The position numbers were made by a program, and so were the translations under genes. This document shows positions 13,039 to 26,100 of a stretch of DNA of 64,000 nt, one piece after another; position 1 is the stretch's first letter, and each line of letters opens with the position of its first letter. Location of the stretch: assembly GCF_902652985.1 (NCBI RefSeq), contig NC_047025.1, positions 29,388,001 to 29,452,000 on the forward strand, in the 5' to 3' direction. This DNA is from Pecten maximus. Lineage: Eukaryota. The notes beneath the pieces were generated by a model that saw only the letters and a program-made list of their open reading frames with translations, was not told where the DNA came from and made no database searches.

Positions 13039-14275
13039 CATTACCTTACACATCTCTGGAAGTGATTCTAGGGTAAACCTTACATACTCCGGAAGGGTGA
13101 CATTACCTTACACATCTCTGGAAGTGATTCTACGGTAAACCTTACATACTCCGGAAGGTTGGCATTACCTTACATACTCCGGAAGGTTGGCATGACCTTA
13201 CATACTCCGGAAGGTTGGCATTACCTTACACATCTGTGGAAGTGATTCTACGGTAAACCTTACATACTCCGGAAGGTTGGCATTACCTTACACATCTGTG
13301 GAAGTGATTCTAGGGTAAACCTTACATACTCCGGAAGGTTGGCATTACCTTACACATCTCTGGAAGTGATTCTACGGTAAACCTTACATACTCCGGAAGG
13401 TTGGCATTACCTTACACATCTGTGGAAGTGATTCTACGGTAAACCTTACATACTCCGGAAGGTTGGCATTACCTTACACATCTGTGGAAGTGATTCTAGG
13501 GTAAACCTTACATACTCCGGAAGGTTGGCATTACCTTACACATCTCTGGAAGTGATTCTAGGGTAAACCTTACATACTCCGGAAGGTTGGCATTACCTTA
13601 CACATCTCTGGAAGTGATTCTACGGTAAACCTTACATACTCCGGAAGGTTGGCATTACCTTACACATCTGTGGAAGTGATTCTACGGTAAACCTTACATA
13701 CTCCGGAAGGTTGGCATTACCTTACACATCTGTGGAAGTGATTCTAGGGTAAACCTTACATACTCCGGAAGGTTGGCATTACCTTACACATCTCTGGAAG
13801 TGATTCTACGGTAAACCTTACATACTCCGGAAGGTTGGCATTACCTTACACATCTGTGGAAGTGATTCTACGGTAAACCTTACATACTCCGGAAGGTTGG
13901 CATTACCTTACACATCTGTGGAAGTGATTCTACGGTAAACCTTACATACTCCGGAAGGTTGGCATTACCTTACACATCTCTGGAAGTGATTCTACGGTAA
14001 ACCTTACATACTCCGGAAGGTTGGCATTACCTTACACATCTCTGGAAGTGATTCTACGGTAAACCTTACATACTCCGGAAGGTTGGCATTACCTTACACA
14101 TCTGTGGAAGTGATTCTACGGTAAACCTTACATACTCCGGAAGGTTGGCATTACCTTACACATCTCTGGAAGTGATTCTACGGTAAACCTTACATACTCC
14201 GGAAGGTTGGCATTACCTTACACATCTCTGGAAGTGATTCTACGGTAAACCTTACATACTCTGGGAGGGTTAACC
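13039..14275. repeat. 62-bp minisatellite (~20 copies, 34+28 bp related subunits) just after the ANKS6 stop
   Basis: Unit CATTACCTTACACATCT(C/G)TGGAAGTGATTCTA(C/G)GGTAAACCTTACATACTCCGGAAGGTTGG. Confidence 0.95.
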
Positions 14276-14699
14276 ACGTATTGAAGAGCTCCTCCACAAA
14301 TATATATCCATGATTTATAGGGATGGGACCACTCGTAGGGTTGTGTTATAAGCATTCCATGTGCCAGGCTGGACTGGTCATGTGACTGGTCATGCTTCTC
14401 ATCACATGATGAAACAATTTATGATGGATTATGTGATGTATCATTATTTATTACAGAAAGATATTTAGTGAGGAAGGAACTAAGATTTGTGAAAAACTCT
14501 ATATCATTGTGGATATGTTAATGAGGAATACAGGAAAGGAGAGGTCACATGACGGATCATATGGTTAGAATGTACCTCTGACAAGACTCCTGGCATATAG
14601 GACTACTGCCAAATACTACCTGATGTAATTGTATGATGTGGTGTAGCACCAGCCAAACACTACTCGTTTAACAGGTATATCCAATCAGTATGATAGTCC

Positions 14700-15020
14700 C
14701 TACCTGCTGACGTATGACATATATATACTAGTTGGGAGCCCCTACCTTTTGTCAGGACTACCTACTGACGTATGACATATATATACTAGTTGGGAACCCC
14801 TACCTTTTGTCAGGACTACCTACTGACGTATGACATATATATACTAGTTGGGAACCCCTACCTTTTGTCAGGACTACCTACTGACGTATGACATATATAT
14901 ACTAGTTGGGAACCCCTACCTTTTGTCAGGACTATCTACTGACGTATGACATATATATACTAGTTGGGAACCCCTACCTTTTGACAGGACTACCTACTAA
15001 CGTATGACATATACTAGTTT
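14700..15020. repeat. 58-bp tandem repeat (~5.5 copies)
   Basis: Unit CTACCTACTGACGTATGACATATATATACTAGTTGGGAACCCCTACCTTTTGTCAGGA. Confidence 0.9.
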
Positions 15021-17924
15021 GGAGTCGAGGACTCCTGTGTTTAATTTCTACTACATGACAAACCTGTACATGTGTTGTCCATGCTACAGTCAGGCAAAGT
15101 TTCAAGAGGGGCAAGGTATTTCTTGATATACCGCTGGAAATACTAGATAATATTTGTGTCACCATCGTCCATTTGTTTTACTGCTGATAGTTCATCATAT
15201 TAGCAACATGTTTTTGCATACTCAAAGTAACACTATTTGTATATTTCAGTATTGTAAAATGATAATGATTGGCAATGCATTTATTCATGTCAGATGTATA
15301 ATTTTTCATTTCCATAATTAGAATGAGTCCATTGTAAGATTTCCAGTTAGAACTCACTGTTACGTGGCCATAAATTCTGTCAACAATAAACTTAAGTGCT
15401 ATGGTGACTTTTATAATTTTGTCATTAATATAATTTGTTATGAAGTACAGAGCAGAATTTTGCTGTAAATAATTTTTGTTTTCACAAATGAGGCTTCACT
15501 ATTGGGATGTAAATGATCAATAAATAATGGTTGTTAATGATGAATTTATATAATGGTTGACTAATTGGTTGTTAAAGGACATATAATGGTCAATTAATTA
15601 ATGGGTGTAAATGATGGTTATACATTTAATAATGTGATATGTGCTGTTAGTATTCCTCCTAAGAGAAATATTGCTTATACTCAATATAGCAAGTTAGATG
15701 GAAATGTCAGGCCTTTAGTGAGAAATGTAAGAGGTGCACAGAGCGAGTGAAATACTTTATTCGAGTTTGTTGTTTACTTGTTTACAAGTACATGCTAGTG
15801 GAATGTGCAATCTACAATGATCCATTCACAAGGTATCAACTTATGTCATCTCATGAAAAATGTTTATTCAAATGATTTAAAGAATATATAGCTTTATAAA
15901 AACCATGTTGAATTGATCTGTATAATTTTAGTTCCATTATCATTTATTTTATGTTTAATAGTATTTTATCTTATATTTCCAAGTTGTGTCAAATGTTCTA
16001 AAAATGTTTGTGTCATAATGCAATGCTTGAAAATGGTTGACATATTGTACCCTGGGAGTGTTCACAACAGCTGATAAATGTCTTCTGTCCACACAAGTTG
16101 TCCGTCCACAAGGTCCTACCATAACAAAGATTTATACCTATAAAGAAATCTATGCACAAACAATTACATATTATCGTAATGATTTTATTTTATATTTTAA
16201 TAACCCATGTGTTTCTATCAAGCCCCCTAGTAATTATGCCATATATCTAGATAGTTTATGTCTTGTATATATATATGTCTATATTTAATTGTGTTCAGTA
16301 CATGTATCAGGGTCTTAAAGTTCTACATTCTTCAAACAATCACATTTTGTTACAACATTATAATTAGAATCTTAATATCTTAAGTCTCTAATAGAAAAGT
16401 GAAAATAATAATAAAAAATGATATATATTTGTACAATGTATAAGGAAAATGAAAGTAAGATATGATTACATATAAGTTGTATTGTAGATGAAAATTTTAC
16501 TCCTCAAGTTAAGGAAATTGTTATGATTTAGATAAATTTATAAGGTGACAGGTTTGTGTAGTGCTACTTCTGTCTATAACATGCAAAAATATATTGGTTT
16601 TTACACATAACACTGGATAGTTGTAATTAAGCACATGAGAATTAGCATGAAAAACTCAAAATACTGGTACAATTAATAATAAATTTATAATTTTAGCATA
16701 AAAGCTCAAAATACATTTTTGCTAAATTTAGAATTTTCACAGAAATAATTTATACGAAATTCAAGTTGTATTAATAAGTCTTTGATCATGAGTATGCCAT
16801 GAATGATTCTGTCGAGAACTATGAATTTTCATTTGAATAGATAGAATGTGCTAAGTTATAATTAGGCACACATATATATTGTGCCATGAGGTGTCCAAAT
16901 TAAACGTATCCTTATGTTTGGTAGTATAGTGACAATTTTCTGGTCGTGTTGAAATCAATGTTACAAAATGATAAATTTATTAAAGATCTTTGAAATAAGA
17001 GGCTCGACTTGAAGATGATGATGTGAATAGCTGTGATAAATACCTAGTATTGATTCTTTATTTTGGTGTTCTTGTGTGTTATCTTGTACTTTTTCCAGTT
17101 TTACTTTTTTTTGGCTTCTATGCAAGTATACACCTAGCTATGGTCTAATTCTTCATCCTTTGATAAGCCTTTTGGATGCTATTGGATATTTGTGGGCTGA
17201 TCTGATAATGCATATGGGTGGGAACATAAGACTATGTGGGTACCAACCGTGCGACTGGCTAAGCGGGCGTGTTTGCCTAAAATAAGTGATATTGCTTATG
17301 CCTGTAATCTGCCAAATTTCATCAAGTTGAGAAATGTTCCCACCTAGCAAGTTAATGATCAGGTTAATGATGATCAGATAACCTCTAAGAACGATTTGAA
17401 CGGCCTATAATGGTTGCTAACAAGATGAATTTGTCTTTTCTGAGTGATGATGTTGTAATATGTAAGGTGATTCCACAATAAGAAATCCCTACACCTTTGC
17501 CCTTAGGTTTTCACAATTTTACTTCAAATGTACAGTGTAATAATGTAAAGTGTAGTAGAATTCATGTCAATTCGTTCATTACTTGCAAAATATACAAAAA
17601 CATCCCTGGATAAAGTTTTGTAAGACACAGTGCTTTTGAATATGATATTGATATTTTTCGCACATGAACTTCATAATTAGAAGGAAAAAAACTGCAAAGG
17701 TAACAAGATGAGGACATTTTTTAACCAACATTGATAACCAAAGTTATTTATATACAGATTCACACTTGTATAATTTTATTATTCAAAATCAATCACAAGG
17801 ATTTAAGTTGTGTGTAATATATGATAATTTTCTAATATTCCCAATCCAAATCATATATAGTACGTACACAGGCTCATGGTAAATCATCACCAATATATTG
17901 ATATGTCATAGAGATGACCATTTA

Positions 17925-18108
17925 CTTTTTCAACCAATCAAAGGCAACCTTTATGCTTTATTTCCATGGAATGTTTAAACCATTCAATGACACTTTTTTT
18001 TCAATGAAAACTTAACTTTTCATAGAATGTTAACCAATCAAAGGCAACCTTACTTTTCATGAAATGTTTAAACCAATCAAAGGCAACCTTACTTTTCATG
18101 AAATGTTT
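17925..18108. repeat. ~40-bp degenerate tandem repeat
   Basis: AACCAATCAAAGGCAACCTT recurs at ~17932, 18032 and 18071. Confidence 0.7.
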
Positions 18109-18970
18109 CTTGAAAGGGTTGATTGTGTGAGATGATGTTTTTTTTTACTATTTTATAGATGTTTAAACATCATTATTGTATCTGTGATGTGTATGACCTA
18201 ACTTTGTTGTGATGACTGTATACCATGACCTAAAACTACAGGGTACGTAGCACTTGTAGAATAAGATTTCCTGTGATGTCACAATATTGCCTGATTTTAG
18301 AATGGTGTTTTTTAGATGCATTTTCAATATCAATTTTTAATAGTGATCAAAATTACCTTTAAGTTTTCATTTTGTAAAATTTTCATGAAACTGGAGTCCA
18401 ACTTTACATCCTATATAACCTAAGTTATCAAAAATGGAAGGTTTTGTTCATTATGTTCTTATGATATGATTAACAATAATGTTTTTTGCCATTGCTAGTT
18501 TAATTTTTAATGTAAACTTGCACTTTTTTGATATACAAATCTTAACCAAGTTTCAGAATCGAGCCGTCCTGTCTACTTTTAGAAATGACCTTTATAGCTA
18601 TATTTTATCTTTTTATTAAGAGTTTGTATATCATGTGCCGTCCAAATTGTTGCATTTTTTAACAAAAACATGTTTTTTTAACAGTGTAACATACTGTAAT
18701 GCTGCTGGTTATGCTCGCAGAATGTACAACGATAGTTCCCACTGGTTAGCTCAATGAGACGAGAGATATAAGTCGTGGTGTAATGTACATGAATTAGATA
18801 TACATACAGTGTATCTGACACCCCTATGTGACAGAAAAAAACAAAATACGATGTTTAAAATAACTTTTTGCCATTGTCCACAAGGATTATGCTTTTACTT
18901 ATCTATCATTAATACCAACATCTACTCAAAAATACTTTAATTTGGAAAATGTATATTACATTATAACAAT

Positions 18971-19114
18971 CACAGGAGGTAGGCGCGGACGTACGTCACA
19001 AAAAATAATTGTCAGATTAAAAAAATAGCCTCTCCCGAATATGGCCCGTCCCACGACTTGACACTTTTTTGACAATTATTTTTTTGTGACGTAGGTCCGT
19101 GCCTATCCCCTGTG
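18971..19114. mobile_element. MITE with ~45-bp TIRs and 8-bp TSD (P- or hAT-like)
   Basis: Ends CACAGG...CCTGTG; ATAACAAT directly repeated at 18963-18970 and 19115-19122. Confidence 0.85.
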
Positions 19115-20191
19115 ATAACAATGATTAAATGTTAACCTTAACAAGGTTTCGAATCTTAAAGGTTTCTGATGTTTATTCAGCCTTTTAGAAAATATATGGA
19201 CCCATATCATCAAGACCAATAAAATGTCAGAAACCTTCAGATTAATGTACATGTAGCTTCTTTCAGAAAAACAGTATTGAAAAGAGGTAATATGTAACAA
19301 CGCTGTAAATTAACGTTGCTGAAATCCTGGAGTGTAAAAAAGGAATTATTATTTTATATTCTATGTCTGCCCACATTCAAAGATCGCCAATGTTAACTTT
19401 TACAAGGCATTGTATTGCAGATGAGGATGTATACCTAGAATTTGTTTTCATATATAAATATCTTACTATATCAATTCAAATATCAGAACTTGAGGTATGA
19501 ACCGGAGTAGGCTAGGAAGATAGTTCCTTGAACAAGGCCAAAAGTAATGATTGGAAGTAAGAGTAGGAATTAAGTGGGGAAATGTCTACGCAGTGATGTG
19601 AGCTGGTGTATGGATGCTTATGTGATATGTGTACGAATGATGCTTCGAGAGTGCTATTGTTGATTATTTGAATACCATTAAATTATCACATCAGTTCACT
19701 TTGTGTTCTTTTTTAATTAAAACAACTTCAAGCTTGTAGACTTTGTGATTTTCACATGTTTGCCATTAGGAATATTTTGTACTCTGGCATGTGATCCGAA
19801 GTGTACAGAAATGATAATTTTGTAGTGTCACAGCCATGTACAGAAACAAGTTTGTACAGAGTGTCGTATGTACAAAATCATGTGGAACATTTGTAAAGTG
19901 TCGGACATTTATACTACAAACACCTGAGCAGCAGTGTAACTGTACAGAACTGTACACATCGTCGTGTGCATGAAATCTTGTGGTATATGTATAGTGTCTG
20001 GTAATCGTTCTACAAACACCTTTACAGCAGTGCTAATGTGTAGTGTTGGATTACCACTAACACCAGTAGTGTTCTGGACATGTAAGCTGAGACAAGCATC
20101 CAGTATATCTCTGTCCAAGGATGTTAAAACAAAATACCGAATTGTACTGTGTCTATGACATTTATTTCATCATAATTACGGACTATCTGTG

Positions 20192-23100
20192 TTAAGTACG
20201 GTAGTCTCCTGTGGAGTCTTTTAAATCGTCCTTGTCAACTGAATCTTCTCTTCTTGAGTCTACAGAATTGTACAAGTAGTCTGTATTTGAACTGTCATCT
20301 GTTTGGTTACCAGGTTCTGACAGACTTTCGTCTGGATTGGCTGATTTCATATGATCTTTCCACTTGTCCATTATATTGTCCAGATCACCAGAACTGTCTA
20401 GCATCAAGCCAGTTAATAAGGATTCCGTTTGCATCTGTTTGCGTTTGGATTTGTTTTTCGTCTTTGTTTTTTTTCTGTAATTAACTCCTTCCTCAGAATT
20501 ATACAGTGCTCCCTCTGTGCTGGCATTTGTTAGGTCGACTGGCACTTTGTCTCCCCAGTAAGAACGTCGTAGGATCTCATACACTGGTCTGAAACACAAA
20601 AATTTGCACAGAAAAACATCATTTATCATATGATTTCTTGTCAGTGAGGATTCAAACTTCATTTACGTTACAACAATTATGAAACAAGTTATCACTTAAT
20701 TGCACTTGTTGACCAAAGAGATGTGACAGGGTCTTGATTTGGAAAGGAAGGTGAAAAGACCCGTGATGCTTTTGAAATGAAAATGTTGCACGATACTGTC
20801 AGTGAGGATGTTGGTGACCTACCTCATTGTTTTTTTCTTTGTAACGATGTAGTGTCGAAGACTAGCGTCATGGCAACACATGCGACAGTGTGTGTGATGA
20901 TCTTTATGATTCATAGCCTGGACGATTCGTGGCCACTTTGCATCTACAAGCAACACAATAAAACAGAAAAAAATAACAAGCAACATTAATCTTAGTCAAA
21001 GCCTGGACAATCCATGGTCACTTTGCATCTACAAGCAACCCATTAAAACAGAAAAAAATAACACCCGACTCAAAGTTTACGAAAGTGGCCGGTGTCCGAT
21101 AGTGTACCTATATACCAAATCTCATCAAAATCATACAATATCTAAATTTGGATCAATCAGAGGCCAGTAAATGGCAGCCATTTCGTTGAAATGTGAAAGT
21201 GAGGTTACGAGAGTGACCGATGTCAAATGATGTACCTACATACCAAATTTCATCAAATTTAGACATAATATCTAAATTTCGACCAATAAGAGAACAGGAA
21301 ATGGCGGCTATAATGGTTGACCAATCGGGGGAAAAAAAGGGGTCTATTTTCATAAAGCTCTTTTGCATAGTTTTGACAAATGTGTTGAACAAAATTACAT
21401 TGGAAAAAATTATGATAGCTTACGTACTAAAGAGAGAAATTCAGCTCGATGTGGAGCTAAAAGGAAAACTTTTAAAATGGCCAAATTAATTCAGTCCAAT
21501 TAACATTAGTATTTTTGTTAAAATTATGAATCTGAAATGTGTGTTTTGTATGGTTATATATAGATACAAGTTGCCATTATGATAGCTTAATATCTACTTA
21601 GAAAGATGTTTAGAGTTTAACAGAAATGTTTGTGCCTCCACAACTGGAAAGTAACACCTAAGTCTCGCTTAACGACACTATCGCATGGGAGACAAAAAAT
21701 GTTTATAGCGACCACCTGTTTCAGTTACCAATTCTCATGTTTCACTCTATATATAAACCTGTATAGAAAGGCCACCTGCTAAAAAAAAACCATTTTTCCT
21801 CTGCTCCACAGAGTGGTCTATGATATGTTTGATCATACTCGGTAAGAAATCTACAAGCGAGTCCTGTACTCATAGAATATTGACATGACTCACATAATTT
21901 CTGGAATCTCTTAAATTTAGCACTGTTGGACTTCTTTTCAAAGTAATACAGCTGAAAAGAACTCATGAAAATAAATTGTAGATTCATCAGTGTGTAGTTT
22001 TAGACTTAAGAACATTTTACTAAATCTCACCTGGATTATCCACTTTTCCCCGTTTCAAAATTACATACGAGTAAGAAGTTGTCTTCTTGTTGGAATCCAT
22101 CTGGCAAAAAAATTAATGTATTATGACAACATGTTATAGTTTTGCTAAGAAAAAGACAAATCAGTCTTTACCAGGATAGGGAAAGACAGCCGACACCATA
22201 CAATTGCTGAGAATGAGGAATCCTCTGTTTAAACGTTTGTTTTGGGTTGGGCTTTTTTTACTTCGGACAAAGAGACAGAGGTTCTTTCCATCTTGAAGCA
22301 ATCTAATTTAAATAATCTCCTGTGGGGAATTCTTAAATCTTTTATTGCTGTTCATTGTAGAAAAGAAGAAATTTCAAGGCTAATTTTAATAAGATTGGAC
22401 TAAAGGTGGTTATTTCTAAGTATTTGAGAAAAATAATCAAACATGGGTCTGTTCCATAGACAGGAACATCTCAACCCTCATATAAGAGTTTGTCTGACCA
22501 GCACTCAACAATTCTTGTACTTGCCAGCCAAACTTACACTCAGGTTGAAAAATCCCTGTCTATGGAACAGACCTACATAAGACTGTTAATCTTATACATT
22601 ACATCCATGTTAAAATTTGTCACTTCTTAAAAATTTTTCTTTTGTGTCAATAGACCCTGGTGACCTGATACATACCTTAGATTGCTTCAGCGGCTCATAA
22701 CTGGCACTAAATGTACAAGCAATTTTCATGTCTTTGAAGGCAAACTTAGGACATTTCATATCATGAGGACACTGGAAAAAAGTTTTCATTTTTAGAATAT
22801 CATGTAATTACACAGAAAAAAATGCTACCAGGCATTTGTTAATGCATGGCAGAGCCACTTAACAAAAATAACTTATCATACCGGCTTTGATAATCTTTTT
22901 CGGTGCAATTTCTCCAATACATTGACCTTGCTCAACCTCCCCTCAAGTAGAGCAGGTTGCCAGGCCTAATTATAACATTCTTATGCACACATTGACACTT
23001 CAGAACTGCATTAATCCTCCCCACCCTCCTACTAATATACGTTTTACCTCAACAATTGAAAAAGGAGTAGATAAACTGATTAATAAATGGAGGTTTCTGT

Positions 23101-26100
23101 AATTATAACCCAGAATGTTTGAACACTTACTGGAGCAAATACATGGGCTTCCTCATCAGCTGTGGTGCCTGATGATGACTGGAAAACAAAACTAATGTTA
23201 GTTATCACAGGGAAAATATTATAAATATAGACACAATTAACTACTAAAAGGTTGATTCAGTCAGTCAGTGCTAATACTACTCGGCTTGCACCAGGCCTCA
23301 CACAACTAAATATTTTCATATGTTATTACTATTGACTCCGTCCCCTCATTTGCTCATTTGAAGTTCCCGCCTTTTTACACCTGTAGTCCTATACATTCTA
23401 TACTCAGAAGGAGTGTAAATTTTCAAGTATGAATACATTACTGTTTATTCTCGTGTATAGGAAGTACGTATTCCATATATTGATTACAAAAGAAAATACC
23501 GGTAGCTATGAAGATCAGAAACACATTTTCGTTAGGGACTTGGTTCAGATGAAGAGCAGCTAATTGGCTGATTTAGTTGTGTAATTTAGCAGTACCTGTG
23601 GGGGGCTATGGGTACCTTATAATTTATGAAGATTAACCTATAAACTACACAGCCTTCATGTTCATGGTGAGTAAAATGTACTAGGAATATAATGTTTACC
23701 TCTAGAATCCACTCTTTTGCTTCCTGTATCACAGTGTGACCTGCATATGACCCGTTCTCTATCAACACCTGGAAATACAAAACTCACATGTTATACCTAA
23801 TGACAAATTACAACAACAAACAATGATCTCAGAAGACATGTATAAAAAGGTTTACAAGGTACTTAAAGAGGTCACGTTAGAAAAGGTCACAAGTACACAG
23901 AGGTCACATTAGAAAAGGTTACCAGGTACACAGAGGTCACATTAGAACAGGTTACCAGGTACACAGAGGTCACATTAGAAAAGGTTACCAGGTACACAGA
24001 GGTCACATTAGAAAAGGTTACCAGGTACACAGAGGTCACATTAGAACAGGTTACCAGGTACACAGAGGTCACATTAGAAAAGGTTACCAAGTACACAGAG
24101 GTCACGTTAGAAAAGGTTACCAGGTACACAGAGGTCACATTAGAACAGGTTACCAGGTACACAGAGGTCACATTAGAACAGGTTACCAGGTACACAGAGG
24201 TCACGTTAGAAAAGGTTACCAGGTACACAGAGGTCACATTAGAAAAGGTTACCAGGTACACAGAGGTCACATTAGAACAGGTTACCAGGTACACAGAGGT
24301 CACATTAGAAAAGGTTATCAGGTACACAAAGGTCACATTAGAAAAGGTTACCAGGTACACAGAGGTTGCACTAGAAAAGGTTACCAGGTACACAGAGGTC
24401 ACATTAGAAAAGGTTACCAGGTACACAGAGGTCACATTAGAAAAGGTTACCAGGTACACAGAGGTGGCACTAGAAAAGGTTACCAGGTACACAGAGGTCA
24501 CATTAGAAAAGGTTACCAGGTACACAGAGGTTGCACTAGAAAAGGTTACCAGGTACACAGAGGTCACGTTAGAAAAGGTTACCAGGTACACAGAGGTCAC
24601 GTTAGAAAAGGTTACCAGGTACACAGAGGTCACATTAGAAAAGGTTACCAGGTACACAGAGGTCACATTAGAAAAGGTTACCAGGTACACAGAGGTTGCA
24701 CTAGAAAAGGTTACCAGGTACACAGAGGTCACATTAGAAAAGGTTACCAGGTACACAGAGGTCACATTAGAAAAGGTTACCAGGTACATAGAGGTCACAT
24801 TAGGAAAAGTTACCAGGTACACAGAGGTCACATTAGAAAAGGTTACCAGGTACACAGAGGTCACATTAGAAAAGGTTACCAGGTACACAGAGGTCACATT
24901 AGAAAAGGTTACCAGGTACACAGAGGTCACATAAGAAAAGGTTACCAGGTATTCCGAGGTCATATTCCACAGGTGGTTAACTAGCTCTAGGCGGTCCAAC
25001 AGGCTGGGCTGCTCCAGTAAGGTGAAAGCACTCACAACTAATGGAAAAGGCAGCTGGAAACCAACCAAAGAACATATTATTGTACATAATATAGTGACTT
25101 TAAGGAGGAAATTATATTCATTGAGATGGAGATGTAGAAATATAGTTTCAATATTGCTCAAAAGTTTGACAAAAAGCCCATGGGTCTTAATGGTCAACCC
25201 TTTGCTGATAGTGTTTAGTTTTTAGATTTCAACACATCTGACCCCCATAACCTTGAAAGTAGGTCAAGGGTGTTATTTCAACAAGATTACTAGCCCTTCA
25301 TTCTAGCTTGCTACTGACCAAACATCATGACCCTGAACTTCTAGGTTATTGAGAAGATGTTATTTAAAATGTAAGTAAAATGATGTGACTCCTGTAACTT
25401 TGAAAGGAGGTAAAGGTCATTAATTTCAACAAACTTGGTAGCCCTTCATCCCAGCTTGCTACTGGACTAATATTATGACCCTTGGTCTCCTGGTCATTGA
25501 GAAGAATTTACCAGTATTTAAAGATTTTAATATGATGTTGTGACTCCTCAGGTCTGTTACTTACAGAGCTGTGTGAGGGGGCTTGTTACTTACAGAGCTG
25601 TGTGAGGGAGCTTGTTACTTACAGAGCAGTGTGGTGAGGGGCTTGTTACTTACAGAGCTGTGCGAGGGGGCTTGTTACTTACAGAGCTGTGTGAGGAGGC
25701 TTGTTACTTACAGAGCTGTGTGAGTAAGCTTGTTACTTACAGAGCAGTGTGGTGAGGGGGCTTGTAACTTACAGAGCTGTGTGAGGGGGCTTGTTACTTA
25801 CAGAGCTGTGCGAGGAGGCTTGTTACTTACAGAACTGTGTGAGTGAGCTTGTTACTTACAGAGCTGTGTGAGGGGGCTTATTACTTACAGAGCTGTGTGG
25901 GTGAGCTTGTTACTTACAGAGCTGTGTGAGGGGGCTTATTACTTACAGAGCTGTGTGAGGAGGCTTGTTACTTACAGAGCTGTGTGAGGGGGCTTATTAC
26001 TTACAGAGCTGTGTGAGTGAGATTGTTACTTACAGAGCTGTGTGAGGGGGCTTGTTACTTACAGAGCTGTGTGAGGGGACTTGTTACTTATAGAGCTGTG

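Noticed and set aside
23887-25197. 436-aa ORF and antisense EKVTRYTEVTL ORF as standalone genes
   Set aside because: Only 24946-25053 is a real exon; the rest is the 33-bp repeat.
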